Shown here: positions 18,511 to 28,918 of the stretch, one piece after another
Layout: each line of letters begins with the position of its first letter
How positions within the stretch are numbered: the first letter of the stretch is position 1
NCBI GenBank assembly: GCA_963796105.1
Contig: CAWCKJ010000004.1
Coordinates: 1,344,001 to 1,408,000, forward strand
Reading direction: 5' to 3'
Origin: a candidate division FCPU426 bacterium
GTDB taxonomy: Bacteria > Oederibacteriota > Muellerivitia > Muellerivitales > Muellerivitaceae
Length of the DNA: 64,000 nucleotides
The notes under the pieces: generated by a model
Databases searched by the model: none
Told to the model about the DNA's origin: nothing
Seen by the model: only the letters and a program-made list of their open reading frames with translations
Made by a program: the position numbers and the translations under genes

Positions 18511-19230
18511 TTGCTTGAAATAACCGGTCTTTCCGTTTTTTACGATTCCATCCAAGCCTTGAGGAATGTCAGCTTGAGGGTGCCGAAAGGCTCCATCGTC
18601 TGCATGATCGGGGCTAATGGGGCTGGTAAATCCACGGTATTAAGGGCAATCTCCGGGCTTAAAAGACTCAAGAGCGGTGAAATCCGTTTCAATGGAAAAT
18701 CCATCAATGGGTTGGAGCCCCATCAACTTGTTCAAATGGGAATCGTTCAATGCCCTGAGGGAAGGGGAGTGTTTCCCAACCTGACAGTGGATGAGAACCT
18801 GGGCTTGGGGGCTTATGCGCGAAATGACGCAACCCGAATCCAAAAGGACTTGGAGCATGTTTATTCCCTTTTTCCACGCCTCCAGGAGCGGCATAAACAA
18901 ATGGCGGGAACTCTTTCGGGAGGGGAACAGCAAATGTTGACGATCGGCAGGGCACTTATGGCCCGGCCCCAATTACTACTCCTAGATGAACCTTCCCTAG
19001 GATTAGCTCCCCAAGTCACTGAATTGATTTTCGAGACGATCGAGAAAATAAACAGAGAAGGAACCACCATTCTTCTCGTGGAACAAAACGCCCAATTGGC
19101 CCTGGAAGCGGCTTCTTATGCCTATGTCCTGGAAACAGGAACTCTGATCCTGGAGGGAGATGCTTTGAAGGTCCTGGAAAATCCGATTGTAAAACAGGCC
19201 TATCTTGGGGAATCGGCTTTGCAGGGATGA
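18511..19230 (+). CDS. livF: Branched-chain amino acid ABC transporter ATPase
   Basis: GANGAGKS, PEGRGVF, LSGGEQQM, DEPSLGLAP, VEQNA. Confidence 0.94.
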   Translation: MLEITGLSVFYDSIQALRNVSLRVPKGSIVCMIGANGAGKSTVLRAISGLKRLKSGEIRFNGKSINGLEPHQLVQMGIVQCPEGRGVFPNLTVDENLGLGAYARNDATRIQKDLEHVYSLFPRLQERHKQMAGTLSGGEQQMLTIGRALMARPQLLLLDEPSLGLAPQVTELIFETIEKINREGTTILLVEQNAQLALEAASYAYVLETGTLILEGDALKVLENPIVKQAYLGESALQG

Positions 19231-19390
19231 GACGTTCGTTTTAATAAAAGAAAGAAAAGCGCCAAGAAAAATCTGGTTTTTATTTTCATCCCGCTCTAGG
19301 GGTAGGGTTATAATCTTTAAATGGCTTGTGTACCGGACGGGCTCCCGCGGATCAAGGCAAAGCCGATAACATTTTCAAAAGGTGAAGAAT

Positions 19391-19816
19391 ATGTCAAAAA
19401 ATAAATTATTTTGGTTTTTGTTGGCGGCGATTTTGGGGACTTCAGGCCTTGCTTGGGCCCAAAACTACCATTGTCAGGATTATATGAGGCTGGCGCAAAG
19501 GGCCTACCAGAGCAAAAAAGTTGATATGGCGCTCGAGTATTACCAAGCGGCCGCGGATGACAATGAACAATACTGGCAGGCTTTCCAAGGGCTAGGAACC
19601 TGCTATTACTTGAAGGGAAAAAAGAAGGACGCCCTCACGGCTTTTGAAAAAGCCTATCAGTTAAATCCGGGTAATAACGCCCTTCTTCAATTCATCCAGG
19701 CCTTGAGAAGGGTATTAGGGATGCTGCCCCTGGCGATACCCACCCCGACCCCGGTAGTGAATTCCATGCCCGTTCCCGTCGAGAACGCTCTTCCTCCCGG
19801 GCAAACCATTCATTGA
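19391..19816 (+). CDS. Secreted TPR protein with Pro/Thr tail
   Basis: Signal peptide; AFQGLGTCYYLKGKKKDALTAFEKAYQLNP. Confidence 0.85.
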   Translation: MSKNKLFWFLLAAILGTSGLAWAQNYHCQDYMRLAQRAYQSKKVDMALEYYQAAADDNEQYWQAFQGLGTCYYLKGKKKDALTAFEKAYQLNPGNNALLQFIQALRRVLGMLPLAIPTPTPVVNSMPVPVENALPPGQTIH

Positions 19817-19853
19817 AAACTGGGTTGTGTTGTTTCGCGGGAAAGAGGATTTA

Positions 19854-20720
19854 ATGCGGCGTATTAAAAGACAATTTTTTTTATCTTTGCTTTTACTCGC
19901 AGCCATAAGGGTATGTCAGGCCCAGGATTTATCCCCCCGCTATTTGGCCGCCGCGAATCAGGCTTACCTTGCGAAAAATTACGACCAGGCGATCCTGTAT
20001 TATCAGGCGGTGGTGAAGTTGAACCCCCAGTCCACTGCCGCGGAACTAGGTCTGGGAAACAGTTTTTTCGTGGAACGCCGTTACGGGGAAGCTTTGACAG
20101 CTTATCAGGCTGTTCTCAAGCTCGATCCGAACAACGCCCAAGCCTCGCGCTTAATTGAGGTTTTACGGAAGAACAATTCGTCACCCGCGCCGACGGCAAC
20201 TTCCACGCTGCCTATTGGGCCGGTGGTGGATGTTTCCCATCCCGTGACTGTTCAACCGGAAGGCCACCGATACATGGGTATCGGAGGAGGCATGGCTTCG
20301 CCTTCCCAGGGAGTAAATGATAAATTTCAATCCGGGTATGGACTTGAGTTTTATGTGGGTTATGCCGACGCGGGCAAACTATCTTTTCTCATTTCCGTCG
20401 CGGGCTACGAATTTCCCTTGAAAGCCAGCACTCTGAGCCAAGACGAGGTGGAAATCGTGCCGGGAGTGAGGCTTACCTTCGGGAATAAAATCAGGCCCTA
20501 TCTCTGCGCGGGTTTGGGAATGGATTTTGACATCAGCAATTACACGGGGGGTTCCTCAACCAATACCAACTTCATGCTGCAGGGCGGGGCTGGATTGGAA
20601 TTTGAGTTCTCGAAAGGAACAAGTTTTTTTGTGGAGGGAATATATTCTGAGGTGTTCGGATCGTCCGCGTTTGCCTACATCCCTTTTAATGCCGGTTTCC
20701 ATTTCGACTTGGGAACTTAG
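19854..20720 (+). CDS. TPR + outer-membrane beta-barrel fusion protein
   Basis: N-terminal TPRs (LGLGNSFF..ALTAYQAVLKLDP), PT linker, C-terminal RPYLCAGLG / GGAGLEFEF / FVEGIY / IPFNAGFHF strands. Confidence 0.85.
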   Translation: MRRIKRQFFLSLLLLAAIRVCQAQDLSPRYLAAANQAYLAKNYDQAILYYQAVVKLNPQSTAAELGLGNSFFVERRYGEALTAYQAVLKLDPNNAQASRLIEVLRKNNSSPAPTATSTLPIGPVVDVSHPVTVQPEGHRYMGIGGGMASPSQGVNDKFQSGYGLEFYVGYADAGKLSFLISVAGYEFPLKASTLSQDEVEIVPGVRLTFGNKIRPYLCAGLGMDFDISNYTGGSSTNTNFMLQGGAGLEFEFSKGTSFFVEGIYSEVFGSSAFAYIPFNAGFHFDLGT

Positions 20721-20740
20721 AACTTCAAATTAAAACCTAA

Positions 20741-20980
20741 TTTCACCACAGGTTCCTTCGGAACCGCGGTAATAAAAAACATTAATGTTTTAATACCTTA
20801 AACCCAAAGACAACTTACTTCGGCGCGAAGTCCCATTGTTTAAAGAAGTAATTATTTTATCGTTACTTAAGATTTTCAATTCAAATCTAAATTGAATAAA
20901 AAAGCGAGAAAAGATTTTTTTAAAATCAACGATTAATCTCTACGAATTTTGTGCGCTGCTGAAGGCAGCCTGTGGCGAAA
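20741..20980. repeat. Inverted pair of TTCACCACAG-hairpin repeats bracketing an AT-rich spacer
   Basis: TTTCACCACA-GGTTCC-TTC-GGAACC at 20741; GCTGCT-GAA-GGCAGC-CTGTGGCGAAA ending at 20980. Confidence 0.8.
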
Positions 20981-20991
20981 GCCGGTTGGTT

Positions 20992-22512
20992 TCAAGGTTT
21001 AAAGCCGTAAAGATCCCCGAACTTTTTCCCTAAATAATCCAAGAAGTCATCCGGGCTTAATTCTTTTCCAGTGACAGTTAGGCATAAATCCAGGGCCTTG
21101 TATTTCTGTCCTTGGGAATGGATTTTCTCATTCAGCCACTTCCGCAAGGGCGTGAAATCCCCCCGCTCCATTTGCGGCTCCAGCGGTCCCAATTCGTGTT
21201 CCGCCGCCTTGAAAAACTGGGCTGCGAAGAGGTTGCCCAAAGTGTAGGTGGGGAAGTAGCCAAAACTTCCATGACTCCAATGCACGTCCTGTAGGCAACC
21301 CAAGGCGTCATTCGAGGGGGAAATTCCCAGGAATTTTTTCATCGCGGCATTCCAGGCTTCCGGAATTTCCTTTGGCTTCATGTTTCCACCGATTAAATCC
21401 AATTCGATCTCGTACCGCAGGCAGATGTGGAGGTTGTAGGTCACCTCATCCGACTCGGTGCGGATCAAGCTGGGGGAAGAATGGTTGATGGCGAAGTGGA
21501 ATTCCTCCAGCGAATTTCCCTCAAAAACACCCGGGAAGGTTTTTTTCAATTCCGGGAAAAAATATTTCCAGAATCCCAGGCTTCGACCCACCAGGTTCTC
21601 CCAAAGACGGGATTGGGACTCGTGAATGCCCAGGGAGACCGCCGAGGCCCGGGGAGTGCCGTAAAGATCTTGGGATGAAGGCAGTCCTTGGTCATAAAGG
21701 CCGTGTCCGGCCTCATGCAGGGTGCTGAAAAAGGAATTCTCGAAATTTCGTTCCTCGAAACGGGTGGTGATTCTAGTGTCACCCGGCCCCAGGCCGGTGG
21801 TGAAGGGGTGCGCGGACAGGTCGATACGGCCCCGGTTGAAATCAAAGCCGATGGACTCGGCTAATTTCCGGCAGAAAGCCTGCTGGGCCTCGATGGGGCA
21901 GGGTCTTTTCAGGATGGAAAGATCGGGTTTCCGCTTGGCGGAGGCGATTTTAGCGACCAATCCGGAAAGTTTCTCCCTTAAGGTGGGAAGAAGCGCATTC
22001 AAGCGGGAAGAAGTCAGGCCGGGCTCATAATCCTCCAGAAGGGCATCATAGGGATGCCCCTGATAGCCATAGCATTCCGCCTGCTGACGGACAAGTCCGA
22101 TGGTCCTCTCAAGCCAGGGTTCAAAAAGGGAAAAGTCGCTTTTTTTTCGGGCTTCCACCCAAACCACCTGGGCATTGGAGGCCACGCGGGCCATCTCTTC
22201 TACCAGGATTTGGGGAAGTTTTCTAGAGCGGTCATAGGACCGCCGCCATTCTCGGAGGTTGACCAAGGCGTCCGAGAGGGGATCGGCGCCGGCATTAAGG
22301 GAGGCTTGGGACAGGAGTTCTCCGATTTCCGGGGAGGTGAATTTTTTGTGGCACATTCCCGCGAGCAATGACAACTGCTCCGCCCGATATTCAGCGTTGG
22401 CCGGGGGCATGTAAACTTCCTGGTCCCATCCCAATAAGCCGGCGGCGTTGCCCAAAAGGGACAATTCCTTCATCCGGCTCATGAGTTCTGTGTAAGCCTG
22501 TTCGGGGTTCAT
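20992..22512 (-). CDS. Carboxypeptidase, M32 (Taq) family
   Basis: HPF, RITTR, HEAGH, HESQSRLWEN, IRTESDE, QDVHW, GYFPTYTLG. Confidence 0.96.
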   Translation of the reverse strand: MNPEQAYTELMSRMKELSLLGNAAGLLGWDQEVYMPPANAEYRAEQLSLLAGMCHKKFTSPEIGELLSQASLNAGADPLSDALVNLREWRRSYDRSRKLPQILVEEMARVASNAQVVWVEARKKSDFSLFEPWLERTIGLVRQQAECYGYQGHPYDALLEDYEPGLTSSRLNALLPTLREKLSGLVAKIASAKRKPDLSILKRPCPIEAQQAFCRKLAESIGFDFNRGRIDLSAHPFTTGLGPGDTRITTRFEERNFENSFFSTLHEAGHGLYDQGLPSSQDLYGTPRASAVSLGIHESQSRLWENLVGRSLGFWKYFFPELKKTFPGVFEGNSLEEFHFAINHSSPSLIRTESDEVTYNLHICLRYEIELDLIGGNMKPKEIPEAWNAAMKKFLGISPSNDALGCLQDVHWSHGSFGYFPTYTLGNLFAAQFFKAAEHELGPLEPQMERGDFTPLRKWLNEKIHSQGQKYKALDLCLTVTGKELSPDDFLDYLGKKFGDLYGFKP

Positions 22513-22672
22513 GAAAACTCCTTCATAAAAGGCTTAATTTTAAATTAATGGTAGATAATACCGTGGGGCGAAAAATTAAGGTTTCCACTTGGAGGACTCT
22601 CCCGATTCCGTTTGAAGGGCAAGGAGGGTTTCCGAAGTCGGGCATGGTCCCGACTCTTATTGGCATGGTTTT

Positions 22673-23272
22673 TTATACGATTTGAATTAAAATTCTTTTT
22701 AATTCATCAAATGTTTCCGCACTGCGCATTTCCTTTTCCCGCTTTTTCAACGCGTCACAGGCCTTGAATAATATCCCAACATCGGCTCCTCTCAACATCT
22801 TGACGTCATTAAAAGAATCCCCTACTGCGATGGTTTCAAAGCCAGCTTCCTTAAAGCGTTTCACCACCTCGATTTTTCCATCCGGCTCGCGCAATATGTA
22901 ATCAACAACCATCCCATCCTTATCTATGACCAGGGAATTGGCATAAGTGAATGGACTCCCGATTTTTTCAATCAACGGGCCGATATATTCATAATAACTA
23001 CCAGTCAATATTGCCGCCTGTGCTTTGGACCGCAACCAATCCAAAAATTCCTTGGCTCCCTCAAAAGCGTTCATTCTCAAGACGATTTTGTGCATTTCGT
23101 GGATACCTAGATGATGCTTCTTCAAAACAGCCAGCCTCATTTTCATCAACACATCATAATCAGGCTCATCCCTGGTTGTTTTCATGAGCTCCGGAATTCC
23201 AGTGATTTTCGAAAACTCCTCCCAAAATTCAGGAATAAGAACGCCTTCCAGGTCAAAACAGACCACCTTCAT
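22673..23272 (-). CDS. thrH: Phosphoserine phosphatase / homoserine phosphotransferase (HAD)
   Basis: DLEGVLIPEFW, TTRDEPDYDVLMKMRL, GDSFND. Confidence 0.9.
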   Translation of the reverse strand: MKVVCFDLEGVLIPEFWEEFSKITGIPELMKTTRDEPDYDVLMKMRLAVLKKHHLGIHEMHKIVLRMNAFEGAKEFLDWLRSKAQAAILTGSYYEYIGPLIEKIGSPFTYANSLVIDKDGMVVDYILREPDGKIEVVKRFKEAGFETIAVGDSFNDVKMLRGADVGILFKACDALKKREKEMRSAETFDELKRILIQIV

Positions 23273-23381
23273 AAAATGACCCCCGGACGAAGTGATTTAA
23301 GCATTTTTGACGTTTCCCCAAATTCGGCCAAAATTCAAATTAGTATAACTTAAAAGAATTAAAAACAGGAAACCACCCATT

Positions 23382-24353
23382 TTACCCTGCGAAAGTTTGA
23401 CGAATGAAGGCCACATCTTCCATGGTCAGGGGTTTTTCTGAGACAGAGAGGTTCACTTGAACCTGGTTTGAATTGCGGAAACCAGGAATGACGCAGGCTA
23501 CGCAGGGAACAGCCAGAAGATATTGCAGGGCGGCCCGCGCCAAATCCTTGATGTCGGGCCCGAACCTGGCTTTCAATTTTTCAATTTTGGGTTGGATTTT
23601 CACGAGTTGCTCCGAAGTGAAACGCTGGTCTCCCAGCCGATGGTCCCCGGCCTCGAATTTCGGGGGATTTTTCGGGTCAAATTTACCCAGCAGGATTCCC
23701 TGGTTCAGGGGAGAAAAGGCCACAAAGCTCAACTTACCTTCATCCAACAATTTGCGGACCGGGGTGCCTTCCCGGATGAACTGGTCATCCATGGAGTGCG
23801 CCCAGCTTTGCAGTACATCAGGCTTGACTTTGGGTACCAGCCTCTCGAAATCCCCGTTGGAATAGGAGGAAAGGCCGATCAAACGGATCTTGCCTTCCTT
23901 GCGAAGCTGGTTCATGACGCCCACTGCCCCATCCAGGTAGCGGTCGTTGTGGCCAAAGTCACCATGGTGGAAGTAATAAAGGTCGAGGACGTCCCGCTTC
24001 AGGTTGATCAGGGATTGCTCGCACTGGTGGCGGATGTGGGCCGGCTCATAGGCGTGCTCGGCGGTGCCGGGAAACCAGCCCACCTTGCTGGCGATACTGA
24101 CTTTTTTAGAACGGCCGCCCAGGACGCGGGAAAGCATCTGCTCGGCCTTCCCGTTTCCATACACATCGGCGTTATCAAAATGGTTCACTCCCTGATCCAA
24201 GGCGTAGTCGATAGCTTTCCTGACCTCGGCCTCATCCACGTTCGCCCACCCGTTGGGGGAGCCGTTGACCCAGTTCAAACCTCCCAGGGTCCAACAACCC
24301 AAGCTGACCTCTGAAACTTGTATGTCCGAATGACCCAATTTACGGTAACGCAT
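23382..24353 (-). CDS. Aldo/keto reductase
   Basis: YRKLG..VSEVSLGCW, FDNADVYG, ASKVG, GKIRLIGLS, FSPLNQG. Confidence 0.94.
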   Translation of the reverse strand: MRYRKLGHSDIQVSEVSLGCWTLGGLNWVNGSPNGWANVDEAEVRKAIDYALDQGVNHFDNADVYGNGKAEQMLSRVLGGRSKKVSIASKVGWFPGTAEHAYEPAHIRHQCEQSLINLKRDVLDLYYFHHGDFGHNDRYLDGAVGVMNQLRKEGKIRLIGLSSYSNGDFERLVPKVKPDVLQSWAHSMDDQFIREGTPVRKLLDEGKLSFVAFSPLNQGILLGKFDPKNPPKFEAGDHRLGDQRFTSEQLVKIQPKIEKLKARFGPDIKDLARAALQYLLAVPCVACVIPGFRNSNQVQVNLSVSEKPLTMEDVAFIRQTFAG

Positions 24354-24449
24354 AAGAACACCTTTCCGCTATGAAATGAAGAAAAGAGTATGGAAGTTGA
24401 TTTTAACGATTTTGATAGGATATTCCCATGTTTTTGAATGAGAGGAATA

Positions 24450-25400
24450 TTAATGGTTGAGTTTTTGATGGGCGGCTTTTTCAAGCCGGTCGTTGATAGC
24501 CCGGCCCAGGCCTTGAGAGGGAAGGGAATAGGCCAAAATCAAATCCAAACCTTGAGCATCCAGCCGGCGCAGGGCCGCGAAAAATTTTGAGGCGGCCTCT
24601 CTCAAATCCCCCTTCTCGGATAAGAGTTCCACCGCCGTGAAGGGAGTCAAGTCCTCAGGCGCGGTGAGGGATAGAAGCCCGATTTTTTTATTTCCTGGAA
24701 AAGATCTAACCAATTGGTTCAAGTATAGAGGGGTGGTTGGGGCGTAATGGGTGGGAAGTTGTCCGGGAGCCTGAGGCTTATCCTCTGAGGGGAGGCCTAT
24801 CTGGATTTCTCCGATCAAGTCCTGAATTTCCTCCAGGGGTAATCCGCCAGGACGAAGTAAAATAGGAATTTCACTGGTAAATGAAACCACTGTGGATTCC
24901 ACACCCACCAGACAAGCTCCCCCGTCCAATATCAAGTCCACCTTGTCCCCCAAGTTTTTCCTGACATGTTCCGCGGTTGTGGGGCTGATTTGTCCAAAGG
25001 GATTGGCGCTGGGCGCGGCGATGGGCCGTCCGGATTTAATGATCAATTCCAAGGCCAAGGGATGGTTCGGTACTCGAAGAGCCACGGTGGGAAGGGAGGA
25101 AGTCACCAGATCCGGTACCCGAGAGGATTTGGGGAGAACCACCGTCAGGGGCCCCGGCCAAAATCGTTCCGTTAGTTTCAAGGCTTTTGATGGAAACCCT
25201 AACGTCAATATTTCCGCCTGCCTGGCATCAGCCACATGAACGATAAGGGGATCGAAACGGGGCCTGTTTTTCACCTCGAATATCCGAGCTACAGCCATCG
25301 GATTCAACGCGTCAGCACCAAGGCCATATACGGTCTCGGTGGGGAAGGCTACGAGCCCCCCTTCCTGGATGATTTTCACAGCTTTGTCGATTTCAGACAT
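24450..25400 (-). CDS. tsaC: L-threonylcarbamoyladenylate synthase (Sua5 type)
   Basis: VAFPTETVYGLGA, KNRP..DPLIVH, FWPGPLT, APSAN, APGQLPTHYAP. Confidence 0.96.
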   Translation of the reverse strand: MSEIDKAVKIIQEGGLVAFPTETVYGLGADALNPMAVARIFEVKNRPRFDPLIVHVADARQAEILTLGFPSKALKLTERFWPGPLTVVLPKSSRVPDLVTSSLPTVALRVPNHPLALELIIKSGRPIAAPSANPFGQISPTTAEHVRKNLGDKVDLILDGGACLVGVESTVVSFTSEIPILLRPGGLPLEEIQDLIGEIQIGLPSEDKPQAPGQLPTHYAPTTPLYLNQLVRSFPGNKKIGLLSLTAPEDLTPFTAVELLSEKGDLREAASKFFAALRRLDAQGLDLILAYSLPSQGLGRAINDRLEKAAHQKLNH

Positions 25401-25504
25401 AGTCTCTATTTACCATAGGGGCCAAGGCATTCCTACCCTGAAATTAGCTTGGCTCCAAGAAATCCGGGCGTTATCCTGCCTTGGAAGCCTTGGAATTATG
25501 GTTG

Positions 25505-27670
25505 ATGGCTTCAGAACACCCGAAGCAACGTAAAAGGAAAATACTTTTGGAATTTCGAGCTTCCTATCGTCCCTGGATCTATTTCATCCTTTGGGCCTCG
25601 GTCAGCTTTCTCCTCTCATATTCGTCTCTTTCCCTGGGTATTAAACTTGCGCTGGGATTGTTTGGGATTATTCTTCCGCTATTAATAGCCCTGGTTGCCG
25701 TTCACGCCTTGGATAAACCCGAGCATCCTCTTTGGGAGATTGAAACCCTCAACCGTCCCGCCTCTTGGGTATTCGTGTTAATCCTGTTAGGGGCATTGGT
25801 TTTGAGATTCAGCGGTTTAACCGCCTGGCCGGTTTGGCCAAATACGGATGAGGGATTGATCGGCCGGTTTGCGATGGATCTATGCCGGCAATGGAACTGG
25901 AAGTTTTTTTTAACCTTCGGACAAGTGCCTCCCGGAATGGATTGGCTGCTTTCTTGGGTTCTTGCTCATTCTTCGGAACCGCTCAGGGCTCTTTGGGCCT
26001 TACCGGCCGTCCTCTCCTCTCTGACCGTTATTTTAAGTTACTGGGCGGCAAGAGCCTTCTTCCCAAAATCCTTGTCGTTCCTGTTTTTTGTTTTATGGTC
26101 CTTTTCATTTTGGCCACTTTTTTACGGACGGTATTGCCACCCTGGAGTCTTGCTTCCTCTTTGGGCCTTATTAGTCTTAATGGTCCTGGGCTTTTTCCTT
26201 AAATCGAAAAAGCCCGCGCAACAATTTTGGCTAGCTTTCGGCCTTGGGATAGTTACTGGAATCGGTTCCTTCACCTTTACACCCTGGGTGGTTTTAGCGT
26301 TTTGGATTTTCTGGGTGGTGGCCATAACCGCTTATTTCAGTTCCCCCGAAAAACGAAGTGGGTTATGGGGATTTCTATCATCTCTGGGAATAGGCCTCGT
26401 CCCTTTTATCATCGCGGTTTTCAAAGAAGGCTTTGGGCACCACCTTTTCGCAGTTTCCGCCATTCGTGGTTACAGGCCCCTAGGGGAACAGTTGACAGCC
26501 GTTTTTTCCTATCTCACAGCCCCTTTCTGGGGGCTGTTTGAAGACCAGCCCGCATATGCTCCTTTTTGGGGAGGCATGTTGAATCCCATTCTGACCGCGG
26601 CTTTCCTGGTTGGAATGGTTGAATCTTATCGCCACCGGAAGGATTCAAAAGTCTTTTTGGTTTGGTGTGGAGGATTTTTATGCTTCCTTCCGGGGCTTAT
26701 GTCCATGAACGTTGAAATGTATCGTGTCATTTTGTTTCTTCCATTTCTTCTTTTAGGCGCGGCAATTGGTCTGCACCGTCTTCTATTTGAGATTTCCCCA
26801 ATCCGCAGGTCCATTTATCTGACGATTATTCTCCTACTCTCGCTGTTTTTGGATCTCGCCCATTTGGCTCAACCATATTTTTCTCCCTTATTCTCCAAAC
26901 AAGGGGCTTTTTTTGGGGCGCCGCCATCGAAACCTGTCCATTCTTACAGGGCCTATCAAATCCTGAAAAAGCAGGCGAGTTTAGGGCCGGGGCTTTTCTT
27001 TTCGGATTTCGGGACTCTTCCGAATGATCAAACCCTCAATTATGCCTCGTTCGAATTTAATGCCCTCCTGAATCCGAGAATACCTCTTCCATCAGCCCGT
27101 TGGGCGGCTGTTTTGATCAATGCGAACTACAGGCCTTACATGGAAAAAAAATTTCCCGGCGGACAATGGATTCTCCTCGATCAGGATATGGGAGTGCCGG
27201 ATGGAGGATTGATGCTGGGCGTCATTCCCATAACCCGGCAGAATATCGGGGTCCTTCAAAACTGGGTTCGAGTTTATCCCTTTTTTCGTGACATGGATTT
27301 TGAATGGCTGAACCTAGCCGACTTCATGAAGGGAACCCGTCTTCTGGAAGAATTTTCCAAAGTAAAACCCCTGATAACGGGAGATAGGTTTCTGGAGAGT
27401 TGCTATTGGGAGAAAACTGGTGAAATCCTTTACAGGGATAGGGCTTATCCCCTCGACTTGCAAGCTTTTCAAAAAGCCCTCCAGGAGGGGTTTCCCACCG
27501 CTCATTTGTACTACAAAATAGGAAGCATCCAGCTTCGGAAAAACCAATTCGATCAGGCCAGGGAAAGTTTCCATAAGGCCGAGATGGCTCCTTTGAACCT
27601 GACCCAGTCTGTGAAGGCTCTTCAGATGGGGGATGAATTGGAAAAACAGGGCGTGTTGCCTCAGCCCTGA
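25505..27670 (+). CDS. GT-C fold glycosyltransferase-like membrane protein with C-terminal TPR
   Basis: LRF...NTDEG loop motif, many TM segments, C-terminal AHLYYKIG...ARESFHKA. Confidence 0.78.
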   Translation: MASEHPKQRKRKILLEFRASYRPWIYFILWASVSFLLSYSSLSLGIKLALGLFGIILPLLIALVAVHALDKPEHPLWEIETLNRPASWVFVLILLGALVLRFSGLTAWPVWPNTDEGLIGRFAMDLCRQWNWKFFLTFGQVPPGMDWLLSWVLAHSSEPLRALWALPAVLSSLTVILSYWAARAFFPKSLSFLFFVLWSFSFWPLFYGRYCHPGVLLPLWALLVLMVLGFFLKSKKPAQQFWLAFGLGIVTGIGSFTFTPWVVLAFWIFWVVAITAYFSSPEKRSGLWGFLSSLGIGLVPFIIAVFKEGFGHHLFAVSAIRGYRPLGEQLTAVFSYLTAPFWGLFEDQPAYAPFWGGMLNPILTAAFLVGMVESYRHRKDSKVFLVWCGGFLCFLPGLMSMNVEMYRVILFLPFLLLGAAIGLHRLLFEISPIRRSIYLTIILLLSLFLDLAHLAQPYFSPLFSKQGAFFGAPPSKPVHSYRAYQILKKQASLGPGLFFSDFGTLPNDQTLNYASFEFNALLNPRIPLPSARWAAVLINANYRPYMEKKFPGGQWILLDQDMGVPDGGLMLGVIPITRQNIGVLQNWVRVYPFFRDMDFEWLNLADFMKGTRLLEEFSKVKPLITGDRFLESCYWEKTGEILYRDRAYPLDLQAFQKALQEGFPTAHLYYKIGSIQLRKNQFDQARESFHKAEMAPLNLTQSVKALQMGDELEKQGVLPQP

Positions 27671-27692
27671 GCAAGGAACCAAGGAGGTATTT

Positions 27693-28223
27693 TTGATAAT
27701 CAGGCCCGGTACCCTGGCGGATGTTCCCGAGATTTCAAGGGTTTACGCCGAATCCTGGAAGACGACCTATGAGGGGGTCATGCCGGAGCCTTTCGTTAAG
27801 GGAATGACCCCGGAAGCCGCCGGGAAGATTTTCCACGACAGCCTTCAGCCCAATGAATACAGTTATTTTTTCCACGTGGCCGAAGGACCCGATGGGAAAC
27901 TGGCTGGATTCGCGGACGGGGGGAAGGAACGCAGCCATCCGGAAAGGGGAATCGGGGAGCTTTATGCCGTTTACCTGCTCCAGCAATTCCAGAGGCGGGG
28001 TGTCGGGAAAAATTTCTTCCAAGCCTCGGTCCGGAGCCTCTTGGATTCCGGCATGAATCAAATGGTCACTTGGGTCGTGGAGAAAAGCCCTTATCGGAAG
28101 TTTTATGAATCACTAGGAGGGACACTGGAACCAGGGATTAAAAAATTAGAATTCGGCGGTTTCCAAATCCACTTGGTTTCTTACGGATGGGACAACCTTG
28201 AGGGGCTGATCGAGGATCGTTGA
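27693..28223 (+). CDS. GNAT family N-acetyltransferase
   Basis: AAGGAGG then TTG; GELYAVYLL..FQRRGVG, RKFYESLGG. Confidence 0.92.
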   Translation: MIIRPGTLADVPEISRVYAESWKTTYEGVMPEPFVKGMTPEAAGKIFHDSLQPNEYSYFFHVAEGPDGKLAGFADGGKERSHPERGIGELYAVYLLQQFQRRGVGKNFFQASVRSLLDSGMNQMVTWVVEKSPYRKFYESLGGTLEPGIKKLEFGGFQIHLVSYGWDNLEGLIEDR

Positions 28224-28232
28224 CCCGATTTT

Positions 28233-28877
28233 TCAAGCGCGGCTGGGTTTTCCGGAATATACAAAGGGAAATAACGCCAACCCCGTTAGGAATCCTCCAA
28301 CGTGGGCCCAAAAAGCCACTCCCCCCATGTCAGGACTCGAAAGGCTCGCCATGAAATACTGCTCCAGAAACCAGAAACCCACCACGAAAACAGCCCTCGC
28401 GGGAATGGAAAAGATCGGGAAAATCAGGAAGAAAAACTGGAGCCTCATCTTTTGCCAGGGGAACATCAGCATATAAAGCGCGCAGATTCCCGAGATGGCC
28501 CCGGAAGCTCCGATCATGGGCAGGGTGGAATGGGGGTCAGTGGAATATTGAAGATAGGCCGCTCCCAGGCCGCAAAGGAAGTAACTCAAGGGATAAACCG
28601 ATTTTCCCAGGCGGTCTTCCACGTTATTGCCGAATACGTAGAGAAAGTACATGTTGCCCAGCAGATGACCCAAACCCGCGTGAAGAAACATGGAGGAGAA
28701 AACGTTTTGCAAATGAGGGTGCGCTGGGATGAATCCGTTATGCGAAACCAGGCGTTGGAAATGAGGGCCAAAGAACGTATTGAAAAAAACATAGATGTTG
28801 GTAGTGATCAGAATGATGTTCATGAGGGGGAATCGTTTAGCGGGTTTCCCCTCATCTATCGGCAAAACAAAAAACAT
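28233..28877 (-). CDS. Rhomboid intramembrane serine protease
   Basis: SMFLHAG..HLLGNM, GASG, VAFWAHVGG. Confidence 0.95.
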   Translation of the reverse strand: MFFVLPIDEGKPAKRFPLMNIILITTNIYVFFNTFFGPHFQRLVSHNGFIPAHPHLQNVFSSMFLHAGLGHLLGNMYFLYVFGNNVEDRLGKSVYPLSYFLCGLGAAYLQYSTDPHSTLPMIGASGAISGICALYMLMFPWQKMRLQFFFLIFPIFSIPARAVFVVGFWFLEQYFMASLSSPDMGGVAFWAHVGGFLTGLALFPFVYSGKPSRA

Positions 28878-28918
28878 AGAACCTCTTTAAAGAAAGGAAA
28901 AATGAGATTAAGCCAAGC

